Source of the DNA: Ramazzottius varieornatus
Taxonomy: Eukaryota; Animalia; Tardigrada
Length of the DNA: 64,000 nt
Direction of reading: 5' to 3'
NCBI GenBank assembly: GCA_001949185.1
Contig: BDGG01000007.1
Coordinates: forward strand, 2,128,730 to 2,192,729
Numbering within the stretch: the stretch's first letter is position 1; every line of letters begins with the position of its first letter. A program made the position numbers and the translations under genes. The notes below the pieces were generated by a model that did not search any database, was not told the origin of the DNA, and was given only the letters and a program-made list of their open reading frames with translations. Positions 12,261-25,435 of this stretch are shown in pieces.

Positions 12261-14091
12261 CGATCATCGTAATTCAAATTGTTTCGATTTCAATATGCAC
12301 CCAGTTTTCAATCAATCAAGCTTACACCGTCCACTATAACTAAAATCATTTCGATCATTGAAGTCAAGTCTCAAGTCCGTATATGCGGAACAACACTGGT
12401 TTCGCCTTGATTAGTATTGATGGCGCACAGCGGTGCCCCGACAAACAGAGCTTTGGAGAAATTTTAATCAAATCTATGGCCAATGACGTCACGATGAGCT
12501 GATCGTTGACTTGGCTGATTTGAGCGAACCCGAGTTTATAGGAGACGGCTCTATGGGTGTAAGACAGCTTGAGCGTGAGTAACATTTAACGCGCACGTTC
12601 GACTGATTAACAGCTGATCGCTGATTAGCCCTTCTACTGCGTGCTCGCTACCCGGGACTAGTTCACGCGTACAACTGAGTGCAGGATCGTACATACTGGA
12701 GACCTGAGGTCCTATTAGCTGATCTTCCTCGGTAGCGGGATGATCAAGAGCTCATCTCAACTTTCGGAAGCGGCCAAATTCCTTCAAAAAACTGATCTAA
12801 GACTTGTGGCCATTGAGGAAGTCACAAAAGATGTACAGCGACATGGCCAGGAGGTCAAAAGCACCACCCATCGGCAGAAGCAACAGAGCTTAGCTGCACT
12901 CGAATCGAGGCCAAGGTCCACGAGCAACTGAAAAATTGGACTTACCAAACCAGCTGCACTTTTGCCCTTTGTATTGAATTTCGCAAAAATATCCCAGCCA
13001 AGCGTTGCACTGTCTCAGGCTTGTCCATTGGCACAGTACGGCAGTCTACCAATTCAAAACTGGTCGTGACCTCTGGGAGCGCCGAGTGAAGGCAAGAACG
13101 CTACACATCACAGTTAACAAGCAACCTGCACGCGCGGAGCTGTGAACACTAGCTGCCAGGTTAAAAGATTATATTGAGTGATGAATAGGTATTGACTAAG
13201 GTAATCCCGATACCGAGTTCAACACTGAATCGCTACTTACACCGCGCTTGCGACTTGCAATGGTGGACAAGCAGGGTCTGGAAAACGAAGCGTTCTGCCA
13301 GCTGCCCAATCCACTCATCTGTGTTAGGCACTTCGTGTCATGTGTCGCTTGATTGTCCATATGATGATACTGTATGCTCTTCAGCATGGCGTTTGACTGT
13401 TTCTTGAATTCTCGATTAGTTCGATTTTCCAACACTCGAGGTCGGCTGCGATGAACCAAACCTTCTTCTTGGAATGCACTCTCTGAAATATAAACGACCA
13501 CGTCACTCACCTTGTCGCCTCAACTCATCGCAAACTATTACAGAACACAATGATAGAGGAAGCTACAGATCACAAAAGAGATCACAGAAAGATTCCCGCC
13601 ATCACAAAGGAACACCTATTACGCCTGAAACAGCTGACTGGACCGGAAACGTTGATCAAGGCTTTTGATTGCTGTGACGTCAAGTCATATAAACAGTTTT
13701 GATTGTTTGGTTTGCCATGTCCTCAGGTTCGTGGCCGAAATGGTAGTTTCAACCTGCAGCCTAGCACGCTGTGCGGTGAACATTCGACAGGCCTTAACAA
13801 CCTTAATTACCAAGCTTTTCGTGTCGACAGATTACCAACGTGCTCGTTGTGAGCATAGTGTTTCACCTGATGGAAAAAGGGAGGACCTCAATCAGCCAAT
13901 AAGAAATTTTCCAAAATTTCGAAATCGGGAAAACTGGCAGGCCGTGAAGGCCAACTTGTAGAAAGTAGGCCAGGCCATTATGATTCTTTCTGGACGCACC
14001 GCTGATAGTCAAATTCGTCGCAAGCTTAGATTGAGTACAGGAAACTCTCCTCGGTGTTTCAGTCTTTTTCTGAAGGAATGCTGAAGATGTA

Positions 14092-14238
14092 CGAGGAGCA
14101 AGGTCCTACTTTGCTCAGTGTACAACTTTGCTCACTAGACGTCACCAGCTATGCGTAGGCTTTTTGAGCTTTGTCACGTAGGCATCACGTACATGAACGA
14201 AGTTGTACACTGAGCAAAGTAAGACAATGCCCCTGTTA
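14092..14238. mobile_element. ~145-bp MITE-like hairpin
   Basis: TACTTTGCTCAGTGTACAACTT and AAGTTGTACACTGAGCAAAGTA form a perfect inverted pair. Confidence 0.7.
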
Positions 14239-14707
14239 CCTCGAGTAGAAGTAAAACCGGAAAAACAGAATACCGATGGAACCGTCCGAAATTGCAGGGA
14301 TTTTTTTCAACGTGGTGGAGTTGTGCTGACCGAAACTGCATTCGAGTGGGTAGGTGTCGTCACTCAATATGAGACAGAATGGATCACTAACCGATGGTGA
14401 TACCTCACGAGCACAAGTTTGTGCTGGCTGATTGCAAGGCGAGAATACATCTGTCTGGCAAACTCTTATTTATGTTGCGAGTAAATAATTTCAAAGATGT
14501 AAGAGACCAAAGGCAGCCTAGCACAAGCTAGACTTCGTGGTTCCGAGTATCCGAAATATAAATGATTTCTTCTAGACCGCGGGAGAATGGAAAGGCTTCC
14601 AGAACACGGGCAGCATTTCCCCTCTATACAGTCACGGTCATGTTTCTATCGTCAGCCCATGGTCTTCGTTGCTTGCTCATGTCTCCTGATCCCGTCGTCC
14701 GATTTTC

Positions 14708-15334
14708 ATAATTCAAACGTCATTCTTTAGAGCACACCTCATACTTTTCCGTCACGTGACAGGTATGTTGCCTGTTCAGTCAATCAACCACTAAAACTGG
14801 ACGGCTCGGACAAGGAAATACGCGCTACTTTTGGCTCACGCTCTCACGTCACGTAAGTAGCTCATGGCAAAACCTAAATAGCCAAAATGTAGCACGAAGA
14901 CCACTCTGTGGACCACGCTAAAAGAGATCTTCAACAAAATTTTTCTCCAAACATTTCCCATGTCGGTGCCGATCTCACTTTTGTAGAGCTTCTTCACCGG
15001 AGTTTTCCTCTTCTCGACCATATGTGGACCCCATAGCCCAAAAGTCTGCTTATTCAAAGAACAAGCCCTGTGCTCTTTGTTGAGACCAGTGTTGAACAAC
15101 GTAAAGGTATTACCCGGTAATACCTGTACAAAGTACCGATTTTGCAGTTCATGTACTTTACCAGGTACCGGGGCTCGATACCTGTACTTTACGGGAGGTG
15201 TTTCAGGTAATTACGGGAGGTAATGAAGGCTGACGGCCATCCAGTATTAGCGGTTGATTGACTGAACAAGCCATACGCCTGTCACGTGACCGCAAAGTAC
15301 AAGGTGTGCTCTAAGGAACAACGTTTGGAAATTA
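14708..15334. mobile_element. ~620-bp non-autonomous DNA element with ~95-bp imperfect TIRs
   Basis: TTAGAGCACACCT...GTCACGTGACAGG...TGTTCAGTCAATCAACC is mirrored by GGTTGATTGACTGAACA...CCTGTCACGTGAC...AGGTGTGCTCTAA. Confidence 0.75.
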
Positions 15335-15337
15335 ACG

Positions 15338-15482
15338 TACTGTAATGCTTCATGAACTTCGCGAAGCACGTCGTCGCACGCGCGAAAGATCTCTTAGGGG
15401 GTTGGTGAGCAAAATTTTCGGACCGGTATTAAGTGTACGCGTATGATGACGTGCTTCGCGAAGTTTTTGAAGCATTACAGTA
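15338..15482. mobile_element. 145-bp TA-flanked MITE sharing TACTGTAA...TTACAGTA termini with the 149-bp family
   Basis: TACTGTAATGCTTCATGAACTTCGCGAAGCACGTC and GACGTGCTTCGCGAAGTTTTTGAAGCATTACAGTA. Confidence 0.82.
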
Positions 15483-15494
15483 GGTCTTTCGGCC

Positions 15495-18400
15495 TGTTTG
15501 CCAACAAATGGGTTTCGGCGGACCATGTTGCCTACGAACTTAGCTGCTTATAAGGTACACTTTTTTGACATCAGAATGTTCCGAATACTCAATGGCACCG
15601 CGTGGAAGACGCGCCACGCTTCGCCGCGGATAGAGGTCTCAAAAAACTGTTCATCTTTTGGAAATATGCTCCAGAGAATTTAGGAGGTGACTAATGGCTC
15701 AAACGCCCAAGTCTGGGAGTTTGAGGTCGTAACTATTGTGCAATTTGTGCAGTTTGTGTGATATCTTGTGTGGAAATTTGTGTGAAAATATGTGCACTTT
15801 GTGTGATATCTTAAGCCATTATGACGTCGGAACTTTTTCGGTCAAAGGTTCTAACACATCTGGGTCTTCCTGAAATTGATGTTTGACCAGTGGTCAGATC
15901 GCCAAATAGAGTAGGGCATCGTTTTTCTCAGTGTTTGATAAACCAGATTGCACCAGCTGTTTATTTTTGCCCTTGGGGTCCCAGAGCTTCAAACTCGTTT
16001 CCTGCGCAATTTGACTAGCAATCGTTCGTACGCAAAATGGGCCGCCGATATCCATATACGGTAGCTCGTCTACAGATACCTCGAACTGACTGGGAACAAC
16101 TTCCTAACCACAAATTTTAACCGAGATGTTCCGCGTTTCGTGAGCATGTCTAGCAGGGCTGTCACGTGAGTTATCCTTGATCCGCATCCCATATCTTCCT
16201 TGTTGCCTTCGATGGTCATTACAGATTCACCCTATCTCTTAAGAATGTCGACTTGTTGACAAGAACTAGGTGGATCTCGTAAGAGATCTCATCGGTCAAC
16301 GCGCTCTTTTTTCTTAACTTAGTTTCTTAAGTACCGGTTAATGATCGAGGATCATTCATCGCTTCAATAAGCTGTTCCATCTTTCCAACTCAGCTTTTAT
16401 CCTTTAACTTTTCCTGTGTACAAATGAATGGCACTTCTCCTGAGGTCGTAGTTGTCTAGGTCTAGTAAAGTTGCTTTTTCTCGTCGACTACTTGCCCTGT
16501 AACAGGGCTTTGAGGGTTCACCGGAGATTTCTTATGTTACGGTACGTAAGATCAGAGAGCTCCGGTGAACATCAATCTATAATGAACTGGGTAGAGAGTT
16601 TCTTAATGACGAGTACGGGCAGAAACAATACTTCCCAGACGCCACAAGGTATCCCGGAAGTCTCTGATGCTTTCTCTTGTATGAAAAGCTAAACTACAAA
16701 GCATGCGAATTGCAAGACCGAACTCACAAGGGGATTATGCCTGTCCCGACTTCCCGATAGTCGACCCGACTCGGCCGAACGATAGAAAAAAGTCTCTTCT
16801 ATAATCTGAGGTAGGTAGCTGAATCCCCCGACGATCCTGGAATGAAGTACAGGACTGAGAAATGAAGGTCCATTGACCGCTCCAGTTCGCCCCGATGACG
16901 TAAAGCTCTTTGATTGCGGGTGCTGATTGAAGACATTGAAAACAACCCGCTCAGCTGATCAACAGGATGCCCGAACAGCGTGCCAACACTGGCTGAAGAT
17001 GCCCGATAGTACACCATCCAGTTCAAATCTGGTGAAACAGCTGATCGACTGAGTTGTTCAATCTGTTCAATCAAACTCCCAATCAAAGAGCTTACGTCAC
17101 TGCTGTAGTTTAGGTCCGTCACTTCTGAGTTCTGTAGTTTATTCCAGGATCGTCGGGAGATTTAGCTCCCTAGCTCATAGCAAAGAAGGGACTCTCTTCT
17201 ATCGTTTTGCCGGGACGGTTTGAGTATTGGGAAGTCGGGACAGGTCTAATCCCCTTGTCATGTTTCTGTTTCTAACCAAGTCGCAGACGGCTTGCGAAAA
17301 GTAAAAGTAACACTGTGCAATAATTGTGTTCTGAATTTCGAACTGGCGGATATTCTCGAAAGAGATATCTTTCTCCCAGTGGCGCACGCACTTCGCTAGT
17401 AACACCGTATACATGCGCCACTTGAGAGTACAATCTCGATCATTTCCCCAAGTGGGGCGTGCTGTCAGCTGATATAGCCTGATAACACTGCAAACCTGAA
17501 TGCGCCACCTGGAGAAACGTTTCTCTTCACTTAGTAGAAAAACCCACATAGTAGAAAAACTACCAGAATTATACCTCGAATACACTCGTGTGGATAATTT
17601 TTTCCTGCACTGTTGATAACTGTTCGCTCATCGTCAACGACGATGTTCCTTGGCTTTGATCTTTCGTCCAAATCGAGACGGAATGGCACAGCCTTAAGCT
17701 CGTCGCGGATTGCGCGCAAAGTCTTTTGTAGATGCCGCTGCTCTCGGTTAGCAGCAATGCAAACAGCACAGCCAAAAACCCGGCCAAAATGGTCGACTTG
17801 GATATAGTATACAACTAGTAGAAAAACCATCTGGAACGTCTCGTCCGTAAAATCCGATTTTCAGCCGCTCGAAGGCACCGGAAGTTTTCTCCCCTGAAGA
17901 CGATGATGCTGTGGGATCACTTCTTCTAGTGTTGAGCAAGATGCTATCCCCCCTACTGTAGGTTCGGTTTTTTCCAATTAGGTGTTCGGGTACTCCGGCT
18001 TTTCCGGGACTGGCATCTGCACTTTTCTTTCTCAACGTGCCGTCCTTCAAAATATTCGGGGTTGGGAGATAGCCCAGCTACCTCTGTCGGCATATTCTGA
18101 ACAAGACCGCTCAGAAGTTGCCAAGGCTTGGTCAAGCTCGCCCTCGTCTGCGCTCGTAAATTCGCCTTGATGTCTTCCGCCTTCGTCCCATTCGTGCTGG
18201 CTACATAATTGTGTAGCAGATAATACGACGTTGTTGGAAGAATTCAATGTAACTTCTCCCTTGCAGCCATAGCTTTTTCTTGCAGCCATAGGTTCTTCCT
18301 GCAGAGCCAGTAGGGATGTATCGGTGGGGTATCGGCGGCCCAATTTGCGGAAAAAAGGTCGCTAGTCAAATTGTTCAGGAATCAAGTTTTAGGTTTTGAA

Positions 18401-18830
18401 ATCCCAAGGGCAAAGTTAAACTGCCTTTGCAGTTTGGTGTATCAAACATCGAGCAACATGAGGCTGGGGTGCATTTGGCCATCTGACCAGTGGTCAGGTG
18501 GCTACGTCAGAAATATCTGAAGGAGTTCGAGATTTGGAGTGAAAATATCTTAACGTCCTAGTGACGTCATGCACCATGAGAATGTGCCTGCATCTGTTCG
18601 GACGGGACGCATGTGGGTGTTTTGTAGTTGGCAATCGGCCCCGGAGTTTTCAGGAAAATCTTCCCAGAAGAGCGAACAGTTTTGTGCGACTTTTGTCCGT
18701 GGCGAAGCGAGGCGAGGCTGGCACTGGATGCTCCTGAATATTGCCAACAACTACATCTAAAAAAGGATCGTTCGGAGTCAAAAAATCTTTCCGCAAACTG
18801 GACCGCCGGTACCCAAATGTCGAATTCTGG
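15495..18830 (-). mobile_element. Degraded Mutator-like (MULE) element with ~500-bp diverged long inverted repeats and a transposase relic
   Basis: Inverted homology between 15495-16060 and 18320-18830. The internal minus-strand segment 17531-17830, KPRNIVVDDERTVINSAGKNYP...IRG...CGFF, resembles the MULE P..IvtD.E....nA....FP...i.gC.FH motif. Confidence 0.55.
16713..17272. mobile_element. ~560-bp element with ~160-bp TIRs, nested in the MULE relic
   Basis: CCTGTCCCGACTTCCC...CCCGACGATCCTGGAAT is mirrored by ATTCCAGGATCGTCGGG...GGGAAGTCGGGACAGG. Confidence 0.78.
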
Positions 18831-19751
18831 TAGGTGAACATCCATCTTTACGTAATATTTTGATATTAGGAAGGCTGGCCACTACCCACCCCGATGTACA
18901 GAAATTCAATCCATCACCAGGCTCTTATATAATGCGCCGTAAAATTTCCGGAGCCACTACCTAACCCCGACTTTCTTACGTAATACAACCTGTCCCAGCC
19001 AACTTGCTACCACTCATAATATTGAGTTGTTCTCGACTCGATTGTTGACAAACATCCATACTGTATTTCCTTGGTTCACCATCCTATTGGCTATCTCACA
19101 AAAAGAAATTGGCCGGGAATCTGTTCACAGAAAGTCAGAATCAACGCAAAAGAGGAAAAGGATCGCAACTTAAGCACAGAATTCTGTAGACTGCGTTTTA
19201 GTCGCGGCGACATGTCTTCCCCACCGGAAGTCGTATCAGTCGAATGATCAAAGCTGTTTCTTGCTGTGTCGTATCGAATTACGGCTCATTCGATAGAGCT
19301 CAAAAAGTTGTACGAACAGTGCAGACTAAGCAGAAGAAAAACAGTAATCTGAGTTTTTCGACGTCGATGTTCGAGTTGGTAGCAAGTTGGCTGGGACAGG
19401 GTGTAAGCGGACGGTCCCCAGAGGCAGGGTCGTTAGTGGCCTGTATTGGATGTATCAAGATTGCAGTGTGACGTCACTGGCTTAAGGCTGATCCCAGTGC
19501 AGAACTGATTGCGACGCATGAGGTGGTCGATACATCTTATACAGGCCGCTACGGCCCTGCCTAGAAGTATAGCTTCCGAAAACGGCAATAATACCTGCTC
19601 TGGACGACTTCACCATTCCACCATGGTAGGGTCCGATCGATGGAACTACCCTGTACTAAGCCTCAGGTTCGTTCAGTGGGTGGTACTTCGATCATTTGTC
19701 ACACTTTTGGAAGGCACTCTTTGTGTCGTGGTTTCGAACCGTGTCGGTGTG

Positions 19752-19993
19752 TACAGGAGGAGTAAGCATGTGTGACCAGTGAGGAAATGTGTGACCCAGT
19801 AGTCTCAGACGGCGTGACATGTATCAAGTATGCATTACGTTAACAGAAACACTTTTTATGTAAGATAGACAACACTGTAATTCAAACACGTTTTCGTTAC
19901 GTCATAGGCTTTATTTCAATTACGAGTGTCTCATGCTTTTCTATGGATGCGCCGTCTGAGACTATTGGGTCACACATGCTTACTCCTCGTGTA
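19752..19993. mobile_element. ~240-bp TA-flanked MITE
   Basis: GAGGAGTAAGCATGTGTGACC...AGTCTCAGACGGCG is mirrored by CGCCGTCTGAGACT...GGTCACACATGCTTACTCCTC. Confidence 0.72.
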
Positions 19994-20329
19994 CTGACAA
20001 TACTGATTACTCGTACAAAAATGAAGCCTTAAAACTTGAGCATAAACTCAAGATGAGTTTATCAGTGGCTGGTTATGTTTAAAACTGAGTCAGGGATGAA
20101 GCCGGAATCACCGGAAACGATTGGTCGGAACACTGTTCCGGCCTCCAGCCAAACCTTCCAATTCCCGCCAGCTATTTCTTGACTTTAAACTACAAGGCTC
20201 CACCGACACAGTCGTTCCACTTGGGAACGGAAGGAACACCGTTCGCTACCTGACTGGCCAAAAGCGACGATAATAAACTGAAAGACTCCGCCCTAATCAA
20301 ACTCCACCTTCTCACGACATTGGCTGTCG

Positions 20330-20807
20330 CAGGGGCGAACGGCCCTGTATCCTTGTGGAAACGTAGGGCGTAAAAAAAACTAAATTTTAGCTTAAAATTC
20401 CCTTTTTCAGAAAAATAGGAAACTGGACACTGCAAATCATCGTTAATTTTCAAAATTTTAAAGTCCAAAGACCGACACTTCGAATCGGGAAAAACATTTT
20501 TTTTGGAGTTCTCAAAAAGAGTCATTCGTGAATCATGGTACGCTGCTAATATTTGTGACGATGACTCGTTTTTTCAGTAGTCTGCATACATAATTTCGTT
20601 ATAACTTGCTCTTTGTACAATAGTATTCAATGGAGAACCGACACAATATGTTTCGAAGTGTCGATCTTTGGACTTTAAAATTTTGAAAATTAACGATGAT
20701 TTGCAGTCTCCAGTTTCCTATTGTTGAAAAAAGGTGAATTTTAAGCTAAAATCTAGTCGTTTTTGACGCCCTACGTTTCCACAAGGATACAGGGCGGTTC
20801 GCCCCTG
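20330..20807. mobile_element. 478-bp hAT-like MITE with ~155-bp TIRs and 8-bp target-site duplication
   Basis: Termini CAGGGGCGAAC...GTTCGCCCCTG. Flanks are GGCTGTCG (20322-20329) and GGCTGTCT (20808-20815), a 7/8 match. Confidence 0.88.
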
Positions 20808-22679
20808 GGCTGTCTTATCAAACGCTGAATTTTGAATGGAGCAATTCTTTATCGAACCGTGCTCGATTGATTAACTCTACTTGATTGCGCCTTTCACGCA
20901 GACTTGGAAATATCTTCTCACAAACTCAGAGTCCCAAACACCTACTCCTAACTAGAGCACTGGGCCGCAGGTCCAAAAGTACGCTGTAAATGTGCTGCGC
21001 TTATTACCAGGGCGCTGCGCTGCACAACTTTCATGCCCAGTGGCTAAGCAGCTGTGCTGCAGATGCACGTTGACCTGGTGCAACTGCGCGGAACGCCGAT
21101 GTATGGACGTGGTTTGTAATTCAGTCAGTGAAATCGGTAGTCAACCTGGAGAACGTTGCCCTAAAGCACGGCAAAGCTGAGACGGCTGACGTTCGAATGC
21201 CCAAAAACTGTAATTTTTGTTAGGTTCCGGTAGGTGCATCTGCACGGTAGTCTATTGCTTTCTACTGTATGCTGTGCTGTGCCGCACAAATTTCGCCAGT
21301 TTACGCGCTGCAGCTGTGCTGCAGCACAGCATAGCTGCAGTACAGCACAGCGCATGCGGCCAGATTCCGTGCTCTACTCCAAGCAACAGATCGCGCAGAT
21401 CAAGGGGACAGCAGCAGTATTCCACCCTACAGAAACAAGAAGGCAAAAACAAGACTTCTGGTAGGAAGGGTTCATAAATCCGGATTCCTCCAGCTCCGTT
21501 GATAATAGTCGATTCCTCTTATAGTGCCCTGCAAGTACAAGCGAGTTGGGCATGCTGCTGATACTTTCACACAAGTTCTGGCATCTGATGGCCAAACTTA
21601 CCTTCAGGGTTGACAGGAATTCCGGTGGCACAAAAAAGTAGTTGATCATCTGGCTCCAGACAGGGGAAAGCGAAGAACGCACGCAAACAGCAAACACGAA
21701 CAAACAAGAACGAACGGCAGTTACGAGCCGGAAAATTGAACATCTGGCGCGAAAGGTGGCACATGATAACGTCAATTCTAGACAGCCATGGCCACAAAAA
21801 TAACGTAAATTTTGCATCACGTGCTTCAAGAGCATGTGGTTTCCCTTTTCAAAGGACTTTCCGAACTGAGTTTCAAGCTGAGTTTTTCTTAAGTTTATCT
21901 TTGGATGGTTTCATTTTTGTACGAGTTAGCCGTTGAACCATTAGCAGTAAAATTAACACTATCAATGGTCTGAACAGTTCAAGTGTTGGATTTGCGGACA
22001 GTGGCAGTGTCAGTTCCAGACAACGAAGACCGGTTTTGAGGGATGTAGCTCATTGAAGCCGAAGGACTTCGCTAAACTAAATTTGCTTCTCGACGAACAC
22101 CGAAGATTTTGAACATCCATGAGTAGTTTCGAAAGGCGAATGGTGGTGCATCATATCGCGAAAGTTTGGGAAAAATCAGTTCGCTCAAACGGAAGAAAAC
22201 AGTTTTTTGAGTTGGGGCTCGGAATCGGGGAGCAGTCCTACTTCCGCACCTAACGAAACCTAGACTGGATAGTTCGATCTGTAAATCTGGTTTTGAGTCT
22301 GGATCTTGCCTGAATCTGCGTTGTACTGGTGACATCATCGAAAACCCATTCAGTCAGGTGAGAGGACCAAATCTTTCCGTCGCATCAGAGCAACATTTGC
22401 AACGTTCTTTCTCAAAATGCACAAAGAGATTTGGTCGCAGCCCCTGTTCCTAGCCTGTACAATACGTGTCAAAGAATTCTTGAGTGGCTCGATGTCCACA
22501 ACAACCCAAACTCTGAACTGTCGTATCGCGGTTGGAGTCTTCTGTTGCATACTTCTTGACATAGGGCCGCATTTAGCCACTGTCCAGTGCTGCTTGCCGG
22601 CCTCTAGCCAGCAAACCAGAGCACGGAGGAGGCGAATCCGTCGAAGTGCGATGCGACAGAGGGTACACGGCAGTGCTGT

Positions 22680-23390
22680 ATTAAAATTTACTCCCAAATT
22701 CAGTCGCAGTTTTATTCCAGAGTAAGACGATTTAGTCTCATGATATACAGTTTCAGATCAAACGATTCAGTTTTATTCCCCGCAAATTTAGTTATACTAA
22801 TCCAAGGCCATTTATTTTACTTCCGACATGTAGTCTTAGTCCCACGGGACTTACTTTTAGTCTAAATGAAGTTATTTTAAACCTTCCTCAACAGGTATTT
22901 TATCTCAAGATAGCCTTCAGTTTAAAACGTCTTTAGAAGATTAAAAGGCCTTGAAAAGTGAGAAAAACAAGTTGAAAACCAGGATAAACCGAGTTCTACT
23001 CTTTGGATTATTGTATAAGCGTCTACTTGCTAGTTTTTCCACAGCAAACTTGATATAATATTTAAGCTGAGATAGAATCTCGTCCTTCTCATGGTCATTT
23101 TGTTTTAAAGTATATACTTGAATTGAGCTTCAATTTTAGTCCACTCATTTTGGTTTTACTCTCGTGAAATTCTGTTTTTCTCTCAGTCCTCACATTTTAC
23201 TTTCTGCATTTTGGATTTCATTCTTAAAAGTTAGTTTTACTCTCAAGCGTTTCAGTTACACTCCCAGCTTTCCTATTCTACCCCGCAAAGCTACAGTTTC
23301 GCTCTCGGCTTTTACTTTTACCCTTAGTTTGACGCCCTGGAGTCAAACTGCAACTGAAAAAAAGAGCAAATTAGTTCTACTTTAGAGCAT
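22680..23390. repeat. Degenerate AT-rich tandem repeat (TTTTA(C/G/T)TC-type motifs)
   Basis: Recurring TTTTAGTCC / TTTTACTC / TTTTATTCC motifs at roughly 20-bp spacing. Confidence 0.5.
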
Positions 23391-25435
23391 AAACAAAAAT
23401 AACATTGAAAGATGCCGCGGCAAGAAAGAATTTTTCGAATTTTTACCCATACAGCGTGACGTACTGCATGCGTCTGCTTTATTGCCGGCTTTCGTTACGA
23501 AAACTGCCGCCTGGCAGAATGATGTCTGTCTAAGCAGCTTTTGGGGAGTTACTAGAATTGGCCATAAAGTTAAGCTGGAGTTAAGCTAGCCTTCTTGGAG
23601 CTAAGTTGTAGAGCTAAGATCGCAAATTAGAGCGAGTATTGAGCTAAGTCACACTTGGTCTGAAAATTTCGTTTGTCTCATAAGTCACTGAACATTTCAC
23701 TGGTCCATGAATGGCAAACTGCATTAAAGTATTGACTCTTCACGACTGCTAGGCAGGAAGTTGAAAAGTGGACCAAATTCTCAATCAGACTTGAAACATT
23801 TTTTGGACAACCGCATTGGGATTTTGTTCCCTTTCGCCGGTTCCCGGTTTGCTGCACAAGTTTCCATTGTTGTGTGGTTGAAAACTGCGACCGCTCGAGA
23901 ATAGGCATACGTAAGGTGATCATTGTATAGGTCTTTCAGTATGAAATTGCCGTTTTCAGAACCCTTATTTCGAACACCTCTATCTCTGGTCAGCAGCAAT
24001 ATTTCAATGCTCTCTTTTTTACCGAGCATGGCGTATGGTGTCGTCTTTCGTCTAAGCATAAGGAAGCTCCAATTCAGCCTCTCGATAAATTGCTGGAGCT
24101 GTTTGTGTCTGTGGGCGTAATTCTGAGACTTTTGACGTCCTTGCTAGAAAAATTCTTTTGTCGCCACCAGCGCTTCTAAAATTCCAAGCTTGACGTGGAA
24201 ACCTACAGCAATAAGAAGGCCATCGATTACCCGTTTCAGTTTTGACGACGCATGTCCTGTTCGGAAAACTGCCAGATGGGAAAAGAGCTCAAAAACCTCA
24301 TGTTCCTCGATAAAAGTTTTTCCTTCCCCCGGTCCGGACAGAGCAGATTTTCTAAACCTTCACCCAGTGATCGAAGACATCTTGATAGACCGACAGTGTC
24401 ATTGCTTGAACTGATCAACACAACGACCGAAAAAATGGGAAAAGTCATTTCCCTACTCAACTGGCGCAACTTGTTCTCGGCAATTCACCACCATCTGTTC
24501 AAAATGTTTTTCTTTTGTAAAATCCCGAAGGATTATCTTCTTGCTTTCCTTTCTGGTACTGATACCCTAAGGAAACCACTAAAAAAAAGCCCTGTTGCCA
24601 GTGTGATGGTACAGCTGACGGTGCGGCAAAAGATTCGTAAAACTGTCTTGGTTAGACATGCCATATCATTATTATTCTAAAATTCTTCCTACGTCCCGTT
24701 TTTACCGTTTTGAGTCGACCTTGTTCGCAAAAAACGAGAAGACCTCGTCACTGGGGTTGGACATCAGCCGAACTCCAAAAGTTGAAACGAGACTTCGAAA
24801 CGAGATTTTGGAGTCCGACACTAAGACAATTTCATACTGAAAGACCTTGTACAGTATTGCGATTTGCGGCGTACCTAAACAGGCAAAAGACGACCTGGAA
24901 CCACTTACGCAGACTCCAAAAATGCAATTGCTTTCATGCACGGATAAAGCGCAAGCACATAATTGCTCTCACTTTTTTGATACGCGGAATAAGTCTGTAT
25001 TTGAGCATCAAGTAGAACTCTTGAACGCGTATGCGATATGCCGGCGGAACAAGTTTTCCAAAGTATAATCGGGTCAGTAACACAGCAAAGCTCATCACTT
25101 CTTCACACAAGACGGCTCAAAAAGCGAAACGTGTCCATTGGTAGCGTCACCGATAATAACGTCGTAATCTAACTCTCACTTGCTGGCAGACCACAGCTTC
25201 TTCCCACAGTCTCCATTTTGAAATTCTAAGAAAATTTGGCAGTTTAATTTTCTTCGATATCGTTTGCGCATAACGCCACAAGGCTGCATGCATTGCTTGC
25301 AGGACGAATCAAACGGCTTGATCGAACGTTGCCAAATCATGGGTTGATTCGAGCCATCGTTTGATTGTGTAGGCTTGTTCATCTGCTGCATCTTCTGGAA
25401 TCTGGATGATAATGGTTTAACTTTTCTCCGTCTCA

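Noticed and set aside
13196-13510. Possible C2H2-like fragment (WTIKRHM) on the minus strand
   Set aside because: Too short and interrupted to support.
21374-25070. Fragmentary ORFs that may be decayed transposon coding sequence
   Set aside because: I could not recognise any motif with confidence; BLASTX or an HMM search is needed.
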